63,808 bases of DNA, filler included, from Phoronis australis (GCA_002633005.1; 15 parts of 15 records of this genome joined end to end with filler, not necessarily neighbours in it); one strand, 5' to 3'. Shown: positions 50,138 through 63,808, counted from the whole stretch's first letter. Program-made: numbers and translations. Notes: generated from the sequence alone by a model not told the origin.

Positions 50138-51740
50138 AACAAGACCAAGGCAAAGCATTAAAATGCACCCACGAATGCACTGCGAACGTGAGGCACCAAG
50201 GCTTGATTATTTGCATCGTAAAAATGGCCACTAGATTGGTGCAAAAATGCCCAATACTTCTGAAAAGGGGAAGTGCCATCACTTCTCTAATAGAAAGCTA
50301 TTTACCAAATTTCATAAAAATCTGTCAAGGAACTTCAGGGAAACGGAAAAAATGAAATTGCCACCAGGGGGCACAGCGTTCCTTGGATCCACCTAAAAGT
50401 CTGTTGTTTACTTCATATAAATACACTTACTAGGAGGCAACACAAAAGTCGAAATCCTCGTCAATGGTCCACCTCACACTGAGATCATATACGCCAATTT
50501 TAAAAATCATCCTTAAAATGGATTAGTTGATAGAGGGTGGACTCAAAAACAGCAAACGTGGCCACTAGGATAAGGTCATCTCGCCAATAGATGCTTATAG
50601 ACCAACTTTTATGAAAATCCGTTAAGAATTTGAAGATACAGAGGTAAAAAAATTGCCACTAGGGGGCACACGGTAGTCAGCTCCGTCCAAAAGTTGTAGT
50701 CGTCCATTGTCAACACCACATAAATACACTTGCTAAATTTAGTAAAGATCCTGCAAACGGTTTAGAAGATACAGCTATGGGCGCAAAAAAGACAAAACTT
50801 CCACTAGGAGGCACCACAGTAGTCGAAGTTGTTGGAAAATTATCATGAGCCATCCTCTCCATAGTCAGAGCATGCACGCAAATTTTCACAATCATCCTTA
50901 CAGCGGTTTGGTTGATAGAGGGGTGGACGCCAACAAACATACTAAAAACAGTAAAAATGGCCACTAGGTGGCACAAACTACATCAAATCCATCTGAAAAC
51001 AGGAAGATAGCGGCATCTAACTAATAGATACTTATATGCCATATTTTATGAAAATCTCTGGAGGACCTTTGAAGATACAGAGGTAAACGTAAAAAATCAA
51101 AATTGTCACTAGGGGGAACACCAGTAGTCAGATCTGTCCAAAAGTCGGCATCATCCATTGTCAACATCACATAAATACACTTGCTAAATTTAGTAAAGGT
51201 CCTGCAAATGGTTTAGGAGATACAGCTATGGGCACAAAAATGCCACTAGGAGATGCCACAGTAGTCGAAGTCATCAAAAAACCACAATCAGCAGTCCTCT
51301 TCATAGTAAGAACATACATGCCAATTTTCACAATTATCCTTTAAGCGGTTTGGTTGATAGAGGGGTGGACGCCAAACAACTCGAAAACAGTAAAAATGGC
51401 CACTAGGTGGCGCAAACTATGTCAAATCCATACGAAAACGGAGGATAGCATCATTTCACTAAAAGATGCCCATATGCCAAATTTTATGAAAATACGGTGA
51501 GGACCTTTGAAGATACCCAAGTTAACGTAAAAAAATAAAGTTGCCACTAGGAGACGCATCGGTTGTCGAATCTGTCCAAAAGTTTGCTCATGCTGTCCCA
51601 TCCATGAAAGGAACACGTGCAAAATTTCATGAAAATATGTCAAACGGTTTTGGAGATAGAGCTGAGACGCCAGACACTGGACGGACAGACAGAGATGATG
51701 CCATAATGCATCCACATATGAATATGTGGGCGCATAAAAA
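50138..51740. mobile_element. HINE/Helentron-type non-autonomous element with internal tandem array
   Basis: Starts AACAAG; internal repeats with ccactag motifs; acggacagacaga microsatellite; terminal hairpin atgcatccacatatgaatatgtgggcgcat then AAAAA. Confidence 0.75.
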
Positions 51741-52136
51741 GGCTAACAGTGTTGACAGGCAATCTGGCAAGTAGTTTCATTGTTTAGGGTCTAGAAGGGT
51801 ATAACAGTGCTAAGTAATTTACTGAAAAAATCAACACACAGTCTTGCCATTGGCCAATTTGTGAATAAATGAGGCTGCTAAAATATACTTACCTTTGCAG
51901 ATAGTGGCTCACTCCGACACAACAGCCTGTCTCACACAGTCACACGTCAGAGTAGTTTAATTTAAAATATACTCATCTCATAAACACAACATTTCTGATC
52001 CTAAATCAATGACAGTGAAAAAACAAGGTCAACTATCTCCATGTCCCATTGGAAATTTCGCGGAAACAACCCTAACTTGATGATATGTTCAGTGAAATAA
52101 ACCAAAACACCCGATTAACCACCGAACCAAACTTGA

Positions 52137-52298
52137 TCATGAGATTTTGTTGAGTTTTGGGAAGCTAAAGTCCAAGAGGTTGTCCTTTTTCAGTGACTTG
52201 TCAGGGTCCTCGATAAGATTGTGAAGTCGTTGTCGAGACTTCCTGTTAATGTGCGGTACACAGTTAACAAGAGACAGCAGCTGACGAGGGCTGTACTC
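52137..52298 (-). CDS. VPS50: Syndetin/VPS50 terminal exon
   Basis: EYSPRQLLSLVNCVPHINRKSRQRLHNLIED, comparable to [32 protein letters not shown]; tttcag| acceptor and TGA stop. Confidence 0.8.
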   Translation of the reverse strand, partial: EYSPRQLLSLVNCVPHINRKSRQRLHNLIEDPDKSLKKDNLLDFSFPKLNKIS

Positions 52299-52921
52299 CT
52301 GAAACATAATCAACAGACAATCAGCACATGAACTAACATTAGGAGGCAGCATCAGTACCTGATGGCTTGATGAAGGCCGACACTGACCCTCCACGCTTGC
52401 AGTCTTATACAGAAAGGAACCAACTTTTACAGATAAAATATATAGTAACACACACACACACACACGTACACACACACATTTCGTGAGCAGTTTCACCTTG
52501 AGAGAAAACAGCCAAATTCACAAACATCCTTAGCAAAGGGCAATCCCGCTACGTAAAAGTTATATTGAGCATTGTTTTGATGGGTAAAAAATTACTGAAG
52601 GCATTTATTAAGACAAAAACAACACAGTGCATGATCTGCACTACAACCACAATACAACCAGCATTCATATTCACATCATCGCTATGTGTTGCGTTTCTAA
52701 CAAATTTGGCCAAGCAATCACAGAGATAAGGAATTAGCCTGCAAGTTCCACTTATAGAAACCTATTTGCAATATTTCATGATAATAAAAATGGCCGCTAT
52801 ACATCAAATCTATCTAAAAATGGGAGTCTGTGAACATTTTAATAGAAATGTATTTAATAAATTTTAAAAAAATCTGCAACGGAGTTTCAAAGACACAGAG
52901 GACAACGAAAAAAATAAATTT

Positions 52922-53279
52922 TTACTAGTGGGACACAGTGGTACTCACATCTGTTACTAGTGGGACACAGTGGCAGTCATATCTGTTGCTATTGGGACAC
53001 AGTGGTAGTCATATCTGTTACTATTGGGACACAGTGGTACTCACATATGTTACTATTGGGACACAGTGGTAGTCATATCTGTTGCTATTGGGACACAGTG
53101 GTAGTCATATCTGTTACTATTGGGACACAGTGGTAGTCATATCTGTTACTATTGGGACACAGTGGTACTCATATCTGTTGCTATTGGGACACAGTGGTAG
53201 TCATATCTGTTGCTATTGGGACACAGTGGTAGTCATATCTGTTGCTATTGGGACACAGTGGTAGTCATATCTGTTACTA
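52922..53279 (+). repeat. About 32-bp minisatellite
   Basis: About 11 copies of tattgggacacagtggtagtcatatctgtt(a/g)c. Confidence 0.95.
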
Positions 53280-55614
53280 NNNNNNNNNNNNNNNNNNNNN
53301 NNNNNNNNNNNNNNNNNNNNNNNTTAATTAATTAANNNNNNNNNNNNNNNNNNNNNNNNNNNNNNNNNNNNNNNNNNNNATTGGAGTTAGTTCTACTATC
53401 AGCTAGCGCGAGCCTAGACACTGTGACCTGTTAAGTTTCGAGTCTGCAACTGTGTGAAATCTGAGATTGGGTCATTCTCTTCATTTACAGTAAGTGCTAA
53501 TGGCAACGTGTGAAAACTGATGGAATGTCATCAGTGATTTAATACTAGTTTTGCATTTTGTGTTTCCATTATAACCAGTGCTTTTGGGAAAATGAGAGCT
53601 CAGTGCTTTTCCCAGTATTTTGTAAAGCTAAACAGGGTGATTGGTTATATTATGTACTATGGGTTATTAAATATACTCTGATGTTTTGATTCAACAGTTT
53701 TCTTTGGGCATGTGATTAGTACTAGTCGGTTGCTTGTGTGCAGCACTTCTACACAGTTTATTTAGAATTTTGGTCTTGCCAATTTCCTTCAAATTTTTTT
53801 ACAGATTGTCTGGTGACAGCCTGGGTAAGTTTTCGACCAAAATCATGGCCGTTTGCTTAAGTCAGCGTCCTTGACATAGGTCGCAAACCTCTGATTTTTG
53901 TTCAGTGAGACATGCAGTTTCATTGAAATTTAACTGTACTACGTTTTTTGTTTACTCAGAGTCTAAGCGGAGACTGAGTGAACAAGTTCTCATGTAAAAG
54001 ATACAACTGAAAACACGTTTTTATCATAAAATCGCTTCAGTTAAATCTATCATGTAATTAGTACTTTACCCGAAACATGAAAGCATTGTTCAGCTAAAAC
54101 TCTGGCCTCACTGTCACAAAATGGAATGAGTGGTTAAGAAGCGGGGCCTTTCCCCACAGTCGTCTATTAAGTCGTTCGAAGCCTAATCACGCTAATTGGA
54201 GATTCGACATATGTTTAAGTTCTCGAACTTGAATCAAGTGCAGATCAACAGATTGTTGTTTTGTTTCAAACATATAATTGTTAATCCTTAATAGTCAAAC
54301 CCGGATCTGGTATCCTTTACAGTGGATTAAATTTGGCGAAGGTCATCAGAGCTTTGTTACTTCCAAACATTTAAGTGTTAATGCGGCGCTAGCTAATATT
54401 TTTTGGCCTATTAATCAAACCCGGATATGCTATCCTTTAAAATGGATTAAAAGCAATCCTATAATGCGTTTGTATTTGTAACATCACCGTATTCATAGGC
54501 GGATTTAGGGGGGGGCCCAGGGGGCCCGGGCCCCCCCCCTTGGCTGCCGCAAAAAAAAANNNNNNNNNNNNNNNNNNNNNNNNNNNNNNNNNNNNNNNNN
54601 NNNNNNNNNNNNNNNNNNNNNNNNNNNNNNNNNNNNNNNNNNNNNNNNNNNNNNNNNNNNNNNNNNNNNNNNNNNNNNNNNNNNNNNNNNNNNNNNNNNN
54701 NNNNNNNNNNNNNNNNNNNNNNNNNNNNNNNNNNNNNNNNNNNNNNNNNNNNNNNNNNNNNNNNNNNNNNNNNNNNNNNNNNNNNNNNNNNNNNNNNNNN
54801 NNNNNNNNNNNNNNNNNNNNNNNNNNNNNNNNNNNNNNNNNNNNNNNNNNNNNNNNNNNNNNNNNNNNNNNNNNNNNNNNNNNNNNNNNNNNNNNNNNNN
54901 NNNNNNNNNNNNNNNNNNNNNNNNNNNNNNNNNNNNNNNNNNNNNNNNNNNNNNNNNNNNNNNNNNNNNNNNNNNNNNNNNNNNNNNNNNNNNNNNNNNN
55001 NNNNNNNNNNNNNNNNNNNNNNNNNNNNNNNNNNNNNNNNNNNNNNNNNNNNNNNNNNNNNNNNNNNNNNNNNNNNNNNNNNNNNNNNNNNNNNNNNNNN
55101 NNNNNNNNNNNNNNNNNNNNNNNNNNNNNNNNNNNNNNNNNNNNNNNNNNNNNNNNNNNNNNNNNNNNNNNNNNNNNNNNNNNNNNNNNNNNNNNNNNNN
55201 NNNNNNNNNNNNNNNNNNNNNNNNNNNNNNNNNNNNNNNNNNNNNNNNNNNNNNNNNNNNNNNNNNNNNNNNNNNNNNNNNNNNNNNNNNNNNNNNNNNN
55301 NNNNNNNNNNNNNNNNNNNNNNNNNNNNNNNNNNNNNNNNNNNNNNNNNNNNNNNNNNNNCCACTGGTATTATTAAAACGCGCAGATAAGCGTCGCAATA
55401 GTCATCCCTCTGGTCCAGTTGTCGGAGGGTTTTGCGTGCTCACCACAGGCCTTATATGGCTCTGTATGAGTCTGCGCCACGTCCTCGCAATTGGTAATCC
55501 GGCTCTATTCGTCCTGCAAGGACTCTGATGAAGGCGTATAGTGGTCTTGTGCTCTTTATCATCGCCACGTTGGATCCTTATTCAATCAGCATGGCATTCG
55601 TTGACGATGTGCTT

Positions 55615-55654
55615 TTACGTTCCTCCATCTACATGGCAATGATCACTTCGCATA
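55615..55654 (-). CDS. Possible short terminal exon of the SLC22 gene
   Basis: tttcacag| acceptor, phase-compatible, MRSDHCHVDGGT*. No homology support. Confidence 0.25.
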
Positions 55655-56806
55655 CTGTGAAATAATGAAAACGTTTCATGTTATATTCATGTTATTTATA
55701 CAGCCATTGTACAATCACAGGGGTTTCTTACGTAATATTCCCGATGATGGATCTCGTGGCAAACATTTATTAGCCTTTATCTCACGCTCCTTCTCTACCA
55801 TATTCTTCAGTTTCGGCGCAACAGTTATCACATACGTTTACACTGACAAGCTTGTGCAGCGAATTTCCCGCGCAAATCATATTTTACTGGTCCTGTCAAA
55901 CTCTTCTTGGTGCTTTGTGAGTGACTCACATATCGCATCTGACATTCATTCACTACGTCTTTTAAAATTTCGTGTGTAGACACTTAAAAAAATACAATTC
56001 TCCTGTCCATTCTTTGAATGATTGAATTTTAATGTTGTGGTTGTGAAGTCACACTTGATCTCAAGACCATCTCTCCCTCCCTCCCCCTCTCTCCGTGTCC
56101 CCCTCCCCAATGTAGGTTTTATATGATTTAAAAAATAAATATTTCGCTTCATCATAGCGCGTGACACAGGAGACAACTACGTCTGTCACAACAAGCTAAT
56201 GGTCGGGTGCGACAGTGAAAATAGCCGAATAAATGTCGCCTCGGGGATTTATGCACAAACGTCATTTTCTGGAAAACTGGGAAAGTCTGTAGCGCTGCAT
56301 GGAAAGCATGTGGATACTCGGGGTGGCTGACAACGAGTAGGTAGTAAGTGTGTCTCCACCATCACAGTCAATATAAACACGTAAAACTGGAAAGGTGGGC
56401 GACAATTTGCCACATAAATCAATGAAAGGATATGTGTAGTTCTATACGCTCAATGATACGGCAAATCAACAATTCGTCATCGACTAAGGGCCGGTAGATA
56501 CAAGTAGAGGGCGACAAATTGTAATGATATTTGATTTAATTTGGGATAAAGGGAGAGAGTGTATGTAGATGTACAAAGGAAGGTTTTCATGAAGACTATA
56601 GGCGGGTCCAGGAGGGGGTAAAGAGGGTCTGCACCCTCTTTCTCTAGATTTTAGTGATATCAAATCTAAAATGTTCAAATTGTAGATTTGGACCCCCTTT
56701 TTAAAATCCTTGACCCGACCCCTGAATCCGCAATTGAAGTCTCTTTTTTCTGGCTGATATTTGCTAGCAAAGCGTGTGCCTAATTTTCATGATTTTATAA
56801 TCTTAC

Positions 56807-56979
56807 TTCCGTCTTCTGTTCTTGCAAGATATGATTGAAGTGACGACTTGAGCCTCGGCGTCACTTATGGAATCTGGTAATGGTAAATTGCAGGTTTCTG
56901 GTAGAGTCATTGTCAGGAAACCAGCGCTTAGTGCTAATGCTCCAAACACCAGCAGAGGGAGAGATTTGCTGATATTACT
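56807..56979 (-). CDS. SLC22 organic cation/anion transporter, last-TM exon
   Basis: LPLLVFGALALSAGFLTMTLPETCNLPLPDSISDAE (LPET..xxLPD motif); ttccag| and |gtaaga. Confidence 0.88.
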
Positions 56980-58435
56980 CTGGAATGAATAAAACATACA
57001 TACAAGACCGTATTCTTTAAGAAACATTACAGTCGATTACAGTTCCAGGTGATTCGCTCAGTTAGCGCAGTTATATCGGTAGGCCTATATAGCTTTCCAA
57101 CACGATCTTTGGGAAAGACAAAGCAACTGCATGCCGTAGCTACAGACAGGGGCATTACTGCAAACTATATGGTGCACTGGGAGTATTTAAACTGGGATTC
57201 CTTTTACCTCCAGTCAGAGGAACACATGCGCCAGTTTCCATAATGATCAATGAGTGGTTTGGTCGGTAGAGATGCGGGTGCCAAAAACAGCTAGTAAAAA
57301 TGGCCAACAGGTGAAGCGGACCGAATACGTCGAATCCATCCGAAAACAAAAAGGGAAAAACCAGAAACTCACAATTTAGCCAAATACGATGCTAAAATGA
57401 TTGCTTTTTCCTTCAAGGCTATACAAACTGATAGTTTCTTTGTAATAACCCCGAAATCACTTCTCATCTCATTAACGAACAAGTTCANNNNNNNNNNNNN
57501 NNNNNNNNNNNNNNNNNNNNNNNNNNNNNNNTTAATTAATTAANNNNNNNNNNNNNNNNNNNNNNNNNNNNNNNNNNNNNNNNNNNNCCGGGATGGGTTT
57601 GGTTTCAGATTCGTTGGGTTGAAAGAGACTACAGTCCAACTATTATTTCAAAAGAATTTAGTAGGGATTAAATTGATATTTTCTACAAGAAATAGGATTC
57701 CCTGATATCTGTTTCCACTCCGTGATTTGCAGTCTAACGTTCTGCTCGCGGAGATAAATCCAGCTTTAAATAGCTGCGTATTTCAAGGCTATTTAAGTGG
57801 TCACCAGCCTCGATTTCGGAACATGTCAGGAAACAACGAGGAGAATTGGCGAATCGTAACAAAATCCTACAAACACAAGAGATTTTGTTGTTTTATAAGT
57901 CTAGTCAAACTTAACAACTTCATTCAAGAAGTCTGACGAACCCAACAATATTCCCAACATTGCATTTTTCGGCAGTAAAACCGACGATTTTCCTTTGCCA
58001 CCAGCTGACTTAGGCCCCGCCCCGACAACCCGACTTAAAAGGGATGAAAACGCCGTGACATGCCGTTTTTGCTTTTTAGGGGAAACAAGACAGAAGACTG
58101 TCAACCCTCTGACGAAGAGTGTCTCCATCGGGTGACATTCAAAAGTTGCATTTGAAGCTTTCAATTTAGGTCGCTAAATCTGCATTTCACCCATCTCAGC
58201 TGGCTAAAGCCGAAAATTGTATTAGGCCTTTTTCTCTCATCAAATCGTTCTCATAATATTCCTTACCTGTATTAAGACATATTTTTTGCATTTGAACGGA
58301 ACCGTTTCACTAGCGCTACCTAGTGAATGTCGAATTTCTCATTTTTCATGTTCAAAGTCTACATTATGTCTCATCTTTTCCACTCGTAAACAGCAATAAC
58401 AATAAAACTCCTAATCACAATTGAGGAGAGCTGCT

Positions 58436-58599
58436 CAAAGGCGGATCCTGGATTTTGAGTTAGGGGGGCCAGGGCAGAGTATTAGCCAGGATTTTGCCCG
58501 TCAGATATTCGCACCCCCGAACTGCCAAATGGAATCTGGGATAATTTTAGGGGGGGGGGGTGGCATGGCCCCCTTGGCCCCCCTCTAAATCCGCCACTG
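58436..58599. mobile_element. Mini-MITE of the GGCGGATC...ATCCGCC family
   Basis: CAAAGGCGGATCCTGG...AAATCCGCCACTG; flanks ctgct/ctgtt form a near 5-bp TSD. Confidence 0.65.
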
Positions 58600-61500
58600 C
58601 TGTTCCCAAGTCAGAAATCGCATGACGGTGCCGACATAGGCGTAAGTCTTTTTGCAATGCACATACACTAAACGACCAGTGATGTAAAATTCGTAGATTG
58701 AAGTTACTCACCATTATGTTGGCACTAATGGATGTAGCGGTCCCAGTTTAGATCTCTATAACTTCTTTAATTTTTAACCTAAAATCACGATTGTAGCATC
58801 CACGTGCTCACAAGACGTTTTAAAATTGTTCTGTGATGTTGCTATACCTTTACTCAATTTTTGAAGTAAGAGTTTTTTGCCGACTTTATCATCAGCCTTT
58901 AACCCGTTCAGTGACATCACCAGGATGCCTGACACCTACCGGCGATTGTGTTTATCTATTTACAAGGCAAGGAAACGGATCATCGTTTGCAGTGTTAGCG
59001 AAATTTTTCTTAGAGGCAAGTAAAGCTGTCTCGTTTTTTCACTTTTGATATTTATTCCTATAAAAAAGAGTATGTAAGGACCATTTTAGCTATAAAGTAG
59101 TTTATACTGATGATAATGTCTATAACACAGTGTATTATCGAAATTGCATTTGAGTAGTTTGGACACCAGATTTACAGATTTTTCAATAAATTTTGAAGGT
59201 GTGTCCGTGAAGGCCTAACATCGAAATTTCGAATTTTCAGCACGTTAACGTATTAAATTGGTGTTTAGTTGGTACATTTCCCAATAACTTGCCTATAAAA
59301 AAGTTTAATACATGAAGTGATTTGACCACCAATTTTAAGAATGTTTTTGGTAAGAATACTCCAGTTTGGGACTGTGGTCAGGTAGATTGCACTTGAAGTA
59401 ACGAAAAGTTCAGATTAAACAATGGAACTGTTCGTTATTGACATTATATAATCATAGGTTATGCTCGTTTCTTAAACCAAAAACATATTTGCAAAAAAGT
59501 GTTCATGATTCTGCACTGGGCAGCGTATTATCTCAAAAGACATGTTCTAACCGATCCAGAAAAGTTTGTAAAAACGGGCTTGTGAAAGCGTCTTTAAACA
59601 CAAACTAACATCACCAACTGGCTGTAAAAAAATCGAAGGACGCCAACGACTCAACCTGTTGCGAAATCATTGTTTCCCAAGAAAACTACGTACTACACAA
59701 CTTGCATTATAAATCCAACGGTTTCTTTAACTTTTCGGTAAGACATTACCGTTCTTCTGAATTACGTGGCAAAAAGACGTTCCCTTCTCTTAGAAGCTCA
59801 ATTCGCCACAGGCCGGAATACACAGCCTCTACACGCTTTGCAATTTTAAGGACGGCACGTATTTAGCCGGCGATATAGTCAGTACCAATACACATTTTTG
59901 CGTACAGTATACAGGTTTGATATCAAATGACGGCAAGTGTTCCTGAAACAGCGGGAGCGCCCTATTCTAACATTGTTGGGTTCCGTACTGTATTTCATAC
60001 GGATTTCGTCTTGGTATTGAGAAACATTGATTTCCATGCAACTCGGCAATGAAGTCTCCAAAGATAGTGTTCCAGTCGGCAATGAGTCACTACATGTATA
60101 AAGAGTGAATTACTACTAGAAACCATTAACGTCATTTTAAATTTTTGGGAGTTTGCAGAAGTTTAATAGAGCAGTATTAACAGTCAAAAGAATGGAACCC
60201 AGTTGCTACTCTGTAGATATGGCCAGGGTGATGATTTTTAATGCTGCAATAAGTAAAACGAAACTGATGAAACGAGCCTCGTAATACCTCGGTCACATAA
60301 AGCTACCGACATGTATTATCAGACGCCATCCAAGCGTTTGCGTCAAAAATCACGTTTATATTGATCTGGTGAAAAATGGGATGATTGTGTTAGGTTTCCG
60401 GGTAACACCACAGTACGCATAGTTCGACAATATCAATATAGGCACACACTGTTGTGAGTCGGCGGGATCGGTCGAACATTATTCGATGTATAACCAAGCC
60501 AAAACTGAATGGAACAGGGTGCACGTCAGTACCTTGTTTAGGGGTAAGCAATGGAATGTCCGGTGAACAAAGTGACCAATACCTGACTGTGTTAGGGAGA
60601 AGAGGCAAAAGACGGGGGTCGGTGTAAAAATCCGTAGTAATCCTTGCAGCATCAGTGTGAAGACCGGTAAGGTCACACTACGGAATGTTTAGGACAATTA
60701 TGAGAGAGTATACAGTTTTGAATAACGAGATGAATGGGCGTGGATTTTTTATTTCGGCATGGTTTATCGGAATTTGTGTCCAATTCTCCGAGACCGGTTC
60801 TTCATCAGGACTTGACGAAGTGGGAAAAAGCACATGCTGCGGTAAATGAAGTTTACACGAACTCAAAGCCCACCCATCGCTCTTTTTCCAGTAAGACAAA
60901 CCGAAATCGCAAAATTGGGCGGTATGGAGTGACGACGGATCGTCTCGTTGAAGCAGTTACATTGATATCAAGCTAAATATCAAATTGACTTCCTTCATTT
61001 TACCCCTCAGTTAATTGAAAAATGACATGACATTTTTAACTACCAAAGCGCCAAAACTTTCCAACCACAGATTAAGCCTCTGACGGCGAAAAAACGCCGA
61101 GGTGCGTGGTGGCGCAGGAGGAGGTGAAAAGATCTGGCGCTGTTCGAGGCACAAGGCTCAGAAGATGTCATTGCAAGACGACTCCTTTTGGTCCAAGTTT
61201 TAGTTGACNNNNNNNNNNNNNNNNNNNNNNNNNNNNNNNNNNNNNNNNNNNNTTAATTAATTAANNNNNNNNNNNNNNNNNNNNNNNNNNNNNNNNNNNN
61301 NNNNNNNNCCAGTGTGGTTAACCGTGCTATAAATGAACAAACAATCGCTTAAAATATAATTAGAGCTTTTAGGGACCTCGGTATTTCCATTTCCCTCTGA
61401 AATGCTTTTTTAAAAAGACTCACACGAAATACGCCACCTCACGTCAAAAATCGTCCTTCCGGATTAAACGTTCCCCTCAAGGTTAGACTCACTCTTATCT

Positions 61501-61830
61501 CGCTTAGGATGTTTTACACCGAAAGATCTTATTTTACAATCATTCGTGTTTCATTGTGTGCAGCCTCGATGTGCAGAAAAGAATGTGAATTAAGTTTATC
61601 GCAAGTGCAACGGTGGTACCGTAGTATTGCGTAACGAAAGTCATTTATATGATTTCTCGCTTAAAAATCTAACATCGCTTCTACTCAGGGTCGGCAATCC
61701 AATTCAGAAATCCCTTGGCTTGTTAGCGGATTTGCAGCGACGCCATATTGAAATTAGGTTAAAATGGTGCATTGTGGGTGCTGTGGTCAGGATTCCGAAA
61801 GCGGCCATAGTAACAAGCATAATAGGCGGT

Positions 61831-62034
61831 ATGAGCGCGAAGAAAACTTACGGTGGATACGCTTGTTGTGTTCCTGGCAGCTTCAAAAACAAGAGAGATA
61901 AAAATCTGAGGTTTTTTGTGTTCCCTGCAAACCAAGAACTGGAAAAATGGATAAACAACATTAGGAGAGCTGGGAGTAAGGGGAGATTTAGCGCATTCAA
62001 ACCAACGCGGGGCCATCTAGTAGCCAACACGTAG
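61831..62034 (+). pseudogene. Degenerate THAP-domain fragment (transposon-derived)
   Basis: CCVPGS..N.RD.NLRFFVFP...KWINNIRR...FKPT..HLV. The second zinc Cys and the CSxHF end are lost, and the frame stops at a gtagcccct...aggggctac hairpin. Confidence 0.7.
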
Positions 62035-62400
62035 CCCCTCGGATGGCCATATAGGGGCTACAATACTTCCATTCGCTTTCTGTGCTCATTTCGTTACTTC
62101 AGTGTAATTTAAACGGGCCGTGACCGGATTTGGGTTACCGATTTCGAGTTTTCACCTCGTCAAAAATACATTCTACTCTTAAAACTATCATTTAAAAAAC
62201 GCTTATTTTCATCATTTGTCCTTTCTACTTCTATACATATCAGTTGATGAAGCTTAGTTGTGAGAATTAAGTTGACTTTGGCGAAGAATTACAACTCCAC
62301 TTTTTGGTTGCCGTTGATTTTATCACCGCGTGCGGAATAACCCCAAAGCATGTCAACTGAATCACGTGAGTTAGGCAAACGTTAGCGCGAGACTGAGCGA

Positions 62401-62728
62401 AGCGCGTGACGCTAGCGCGTGTCGCTAGCGCGCGACGCTAGCGCGCGACGCTAGCGCGCGACGCTAGCGCGCGACGCTAGCGCGCGACGCTAGCGCGCGA
62501 CGCTAGCGCGCGACGCTAGCGCGCGACGCTAGCGCGCGACGCTAGCGCGCGACGCTAGCGCGCGACGCTAGCGCGTGACACGCTAGCGCGTGACGGTAGC
62601 GCGTGACACGCTAGCGCGTGACACGCTAGCGCGTGACGCTAGCGCGTGACGCTAGCGCGTGACGCTAGCGCGTGACGCTAGCGCGTGACGCTAGCGCGTG
62701 ACGCTAGCGCGTGATGCTAGCGCGCGAC
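62401..62728. repeat. 13-bp CpG-saturated minisatellite
   Basis: About 25 copies of GCGCG(C/T)GACGCTA. Confidence 0.97.
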
Positions 62729-63808
62729 ACTTGTAAAATAGCATGAGAAGGTATCGGGTGAAACTTGTAAGACGTGTGTCCCTTGGACTTTTTATTCGTC
62801 AACATGCGTAATTTCACGTAGCTTTCTCAAAATGGCACCCGCTAACTGAGAGAAACTCGAGCAAATCGCGACAGATTTTCATCGATTTGTTCAAGTTTTG
62901 CTGACTAAATTGTATCCAGGTCGTGGTATGTGTTAATTATAACTCCGTGTTCCTATATGTATAATTCATTTGATTTTATTTGCTGTATTTTGAAATGAGT
63001 AACTTTTTGTGAGGATGTACTATCACCCTGAATGCCTGCAGCATCCAGTGGGATGTAATTGCGTAGGGGCCATCGTGTGTGTAGCGAACATTTTCCTGGT
63101 GGAAAAAAGACGTATGAGAACAACATTCCGACGGAGTTTCCTCTTAGAATTAACGTCTCTAGCATATTCACGGCGAAAGCTACAAAAGTTAAGCAACCCA
63201 AGAACTCTCAACTTGTCTGAAACCGGAGGAGATTTCGAAATCAACGCCGATAGCCCCAATACTGAACATGCACGACAGTCGTGCCCTCGGTCACACGGTC
63301 ACTGATCATAGCTGTGCTGTGTTTACAAACGAAAGAGAGGACTTGCTTGGTATTATAAAACATAAAAATGAAACATGGTTTTTAGTTTGCAAATCACTCC
63401 AAATGCACACACTATCCAGCCAGCTCAAGACATGCCTGACCTCAAGCTATCCCATGAGCCTTCGCGCAGGAAGTAACTCGCACATGTGCAATGCGTAGTT
63501 CGTTTGCGCTGCAAATCCGCTACCAACAGTTGGGTTAGGTTCATTTTTACTCTAAGAAACACTTCGAATATAGCGAAAATAGAAGGAGAAGATTTCGGTT
63601 CTCTCCTATCCCTTGATGAACCGCGAATATAATTAGCCAGCGAATCACATGATGCCGGACAAAAGACCAACCGAATGTTTAACAATCGACTGCAATAATG
63701 TCTGGATTTACCCTGGATTCTGAAACAGCTTTTGTCAACATTTGAGAACAAGCGATAGGTATTTTTCAATGTCTGTGCAATGTTTACCTGTTGTCCACTA
63801 AGATCTTA

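Noticed and set aside
52922-53279. 32-bp repeat of CRISPR-like length
   Set aside because: Contiguous tandem copies with no spacers; an ordinary minisatellite.
54311-54319. Second GTATCCTTT motif
   Set aside because: No upstream exon; part of a short local direct repeat, so not called as a U12 donor.
54459-55398. Long ORFs in the track
   Set aside because: They consist almost entirely of N-gap.
60390-60976. Cluster of overlapping short ORFs
   Set aside because: No recognisable domain or consistent splice structure in any frame.

Overview
This is not a contiguous locus. It is a pseudo-scaffold of 15 short contigs joined by 100-nt artificial linkers (N-run + TTAATTAATTAA + N-run). Fourteen contigs are intron-rich invertebrate DNA, most likely a mollusc or other lophotrochozoan (inference). 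They carry spliced fragments of TAF1, a SOUL/heme-binding protein, APEH, WDR11, VPS50, an SLC22 transporter, a cytosolic sulfotransferase, a Notch-ligand MNNL/C2 exon and a 5'-truncated histone H2B, among many MITEs, Helitron-type, Academ, Tc1 and Penelope relics and minisatellites. One scaffold (36676-39112) is bacterial: the 3' end of a 23S rRNA (Fusobacteriota-like) plus an apparently intact IS3-family element. The best leads are mostly invisible or fragmentary in the ORF track. (1) A six-exon minus-strand gene with TSP1-TSP1-ChtBD2-ChtBD-like x2-LamG architecture, resembling a Pif/BMSP shell-matrix protein with thrombospondin repeats upstream of the chitin-binding core. (2) A minimal type I hammerhead ribozyme in a Penelope-like element 3' end. 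(3) A U12-type minor-intron donor in WDR11. (4) Three tandem repeats seeded at splice sites. (5) A CpG-saturated, self-complementary 13-bp minisatellite. All calls come from manual reading and translation; no searches were run, and I found no evidence of a novel prokaryotic system.
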